From Eledone cirrhosa (lineage: Eukaryota): 64,000 nt of DNA. The stretch covers positions 35,774,001-35,838,000 of the forward strand of contig OZ024758.1 of the NCBI GenBank assembly GCA_964016885.1, given 5' to 3'. The notes below the pieces were generated by a model that saw only the letters and a list, made by a program, of their open reading frames with translations, ran no database searches and was not told the DNA's origin. Position numbers and translations under genes: made by a program. Below, one piece after another: positions 63,610 to 64,000 of the stretch (within the stretch, counting starts at the first letter, position 1; each line of letters begins with the position of its first letter).

Positions 63610-64000
63610 ATGGTATTAGCTGTCAGAAGTCACTCCAATGTTGGTGAGAATTCATTTAAGTTCATGGTATTAGCAGTCAGAAGTAACTCCACTGTTGGTG
63701 AGAATTCATTTATGTTCATGGTATTAGTTTGTCAGAAGTAACTCCACTGTTGGTGAGAATTCATTTAAGTCATGGTATTAGTTGTCAGAAGTAACTCCAA
63801 TGTTGGTGAGAATTCATGTAAGTTCATGGTATTAGCTGTCAGAAGGAACTCCACTGTTGGTGAGAATTCATTTAAGTTCATGGTATTAGCTGTCAGAAGG
63901 AACTCCAATGTTGGTGAGAATTCATTTAAGTCATGGTACTAGCTGTCAGAAGTAACTCCACTGTTGGTGAGAATTCATTTAAGTTCATGGTATTAGCTGT

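Larger units (their letters stand above)
1..64000. repeat. Tandem satellite DNA array, 54-bp monomer (53- and 55-bp length variants), about 1,190 copies, single orientation, running off both window edges
   Basis: Every line read consists of variants of ATGGTATTAGCTGTCAGAAGTAACTCCACTGTTGGTGAGAATTCATTTAAGTTC. Most monomers differ from consensus at 0-3 positions. The ORF track shows the same 18-residue unit throughout on both strands. Copy number is estimated as 64000 divided by about 53.8. Confidence 0.99.

Noticed and set aside
101-63741. Many ORFs of about 61-547 aa on both strands as protein-coding genes
   Set aside because: All are translations of the same 54-bp unit. They begin and end at satellite indel or stop variants, overlap antisense to one another, and have no unique domains or synonymous bias.
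1-64000. CRISPR array, with the constant block as direct repeat and the variable half as spacer
   Set aside because: The putative spacers are near-identical copies differing by 0-3 bases rather than unique sequences. There is no leader and there are no cas genes.
1-64000. Diversity-generating or antigenic-variation cassette array
   Set aside because: There is no recombinase, reverse transcriptase or expression locus in the window. Variants are inherited in duplicated blocks and are not adenine-specific or codon-targeted.
1-64000. Rolling-circle or PCR concatemer, or synthetic artefact
   Set aside because: Nested duplications with shared rare variants over offsets up to 52 kb imply an evolutionary history, not one template with random errors. 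Individual near-identical duplications could still be assembly errors.
1-64000. Telomerase-type telomeric repeat or tandem tRNA/5S/snRNA gene array
   Set aside because: There is no short G-rich telomeric unit. The 54-bp unit is too short and shows no cloverleaf, recognisable Pol III boxes or T4+ terminator in the consensus.
1-64000. CENP-B box or assignment to a named satellite family
   Set aside because: The canonical CENP-B box core (TTCG....A..CGGG) requires CpGs that are absent here, and I do not recognise the monomer well enough to name it without a database search.

Overview
The whole 64,000-bp window is one uninterrupted, head-to-tail tandem satellite array of roughly 1,190 monomers, all in the same orientation. 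The 54-bp consensus monomer is ATGGTATTAGCTGTCAGAAGTAACTCCACTGTTGGTGAGAATTCATTTAAGTTC (20/54 = 37% GC, one EcoRI site GAATTC, no CpG). I saw no unique sequence, transposon insertion, inversion, RNA gene, CRISPR spacers or credible gene. The ORF track is an arithmetic by-product: 54 is divisible by 3 and the monomer has one stop-free frame on each strand (MVLAVRSNSTVGENSFKF / MNLNEFSPTVELLLTANT), broken repeatedly by 53-bp monomers. The real information lies in the monomer variants. They define nested, irregular higher-order duplications (offsets of 701, 2102, 2584, 3070, 3337, 4469, 4850, 5549, 11425 and 52469 bp), regionally restricted variant domains consistent with a layered expansion, and a recurrent landmark dimer with a length-compensated indel pair. 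This is most consistent with eukaryotic (peri)centromeric or other heterochromatic satellite DNA. I cannot name the family or organism, and I found no evidence of a novel gene-based system.
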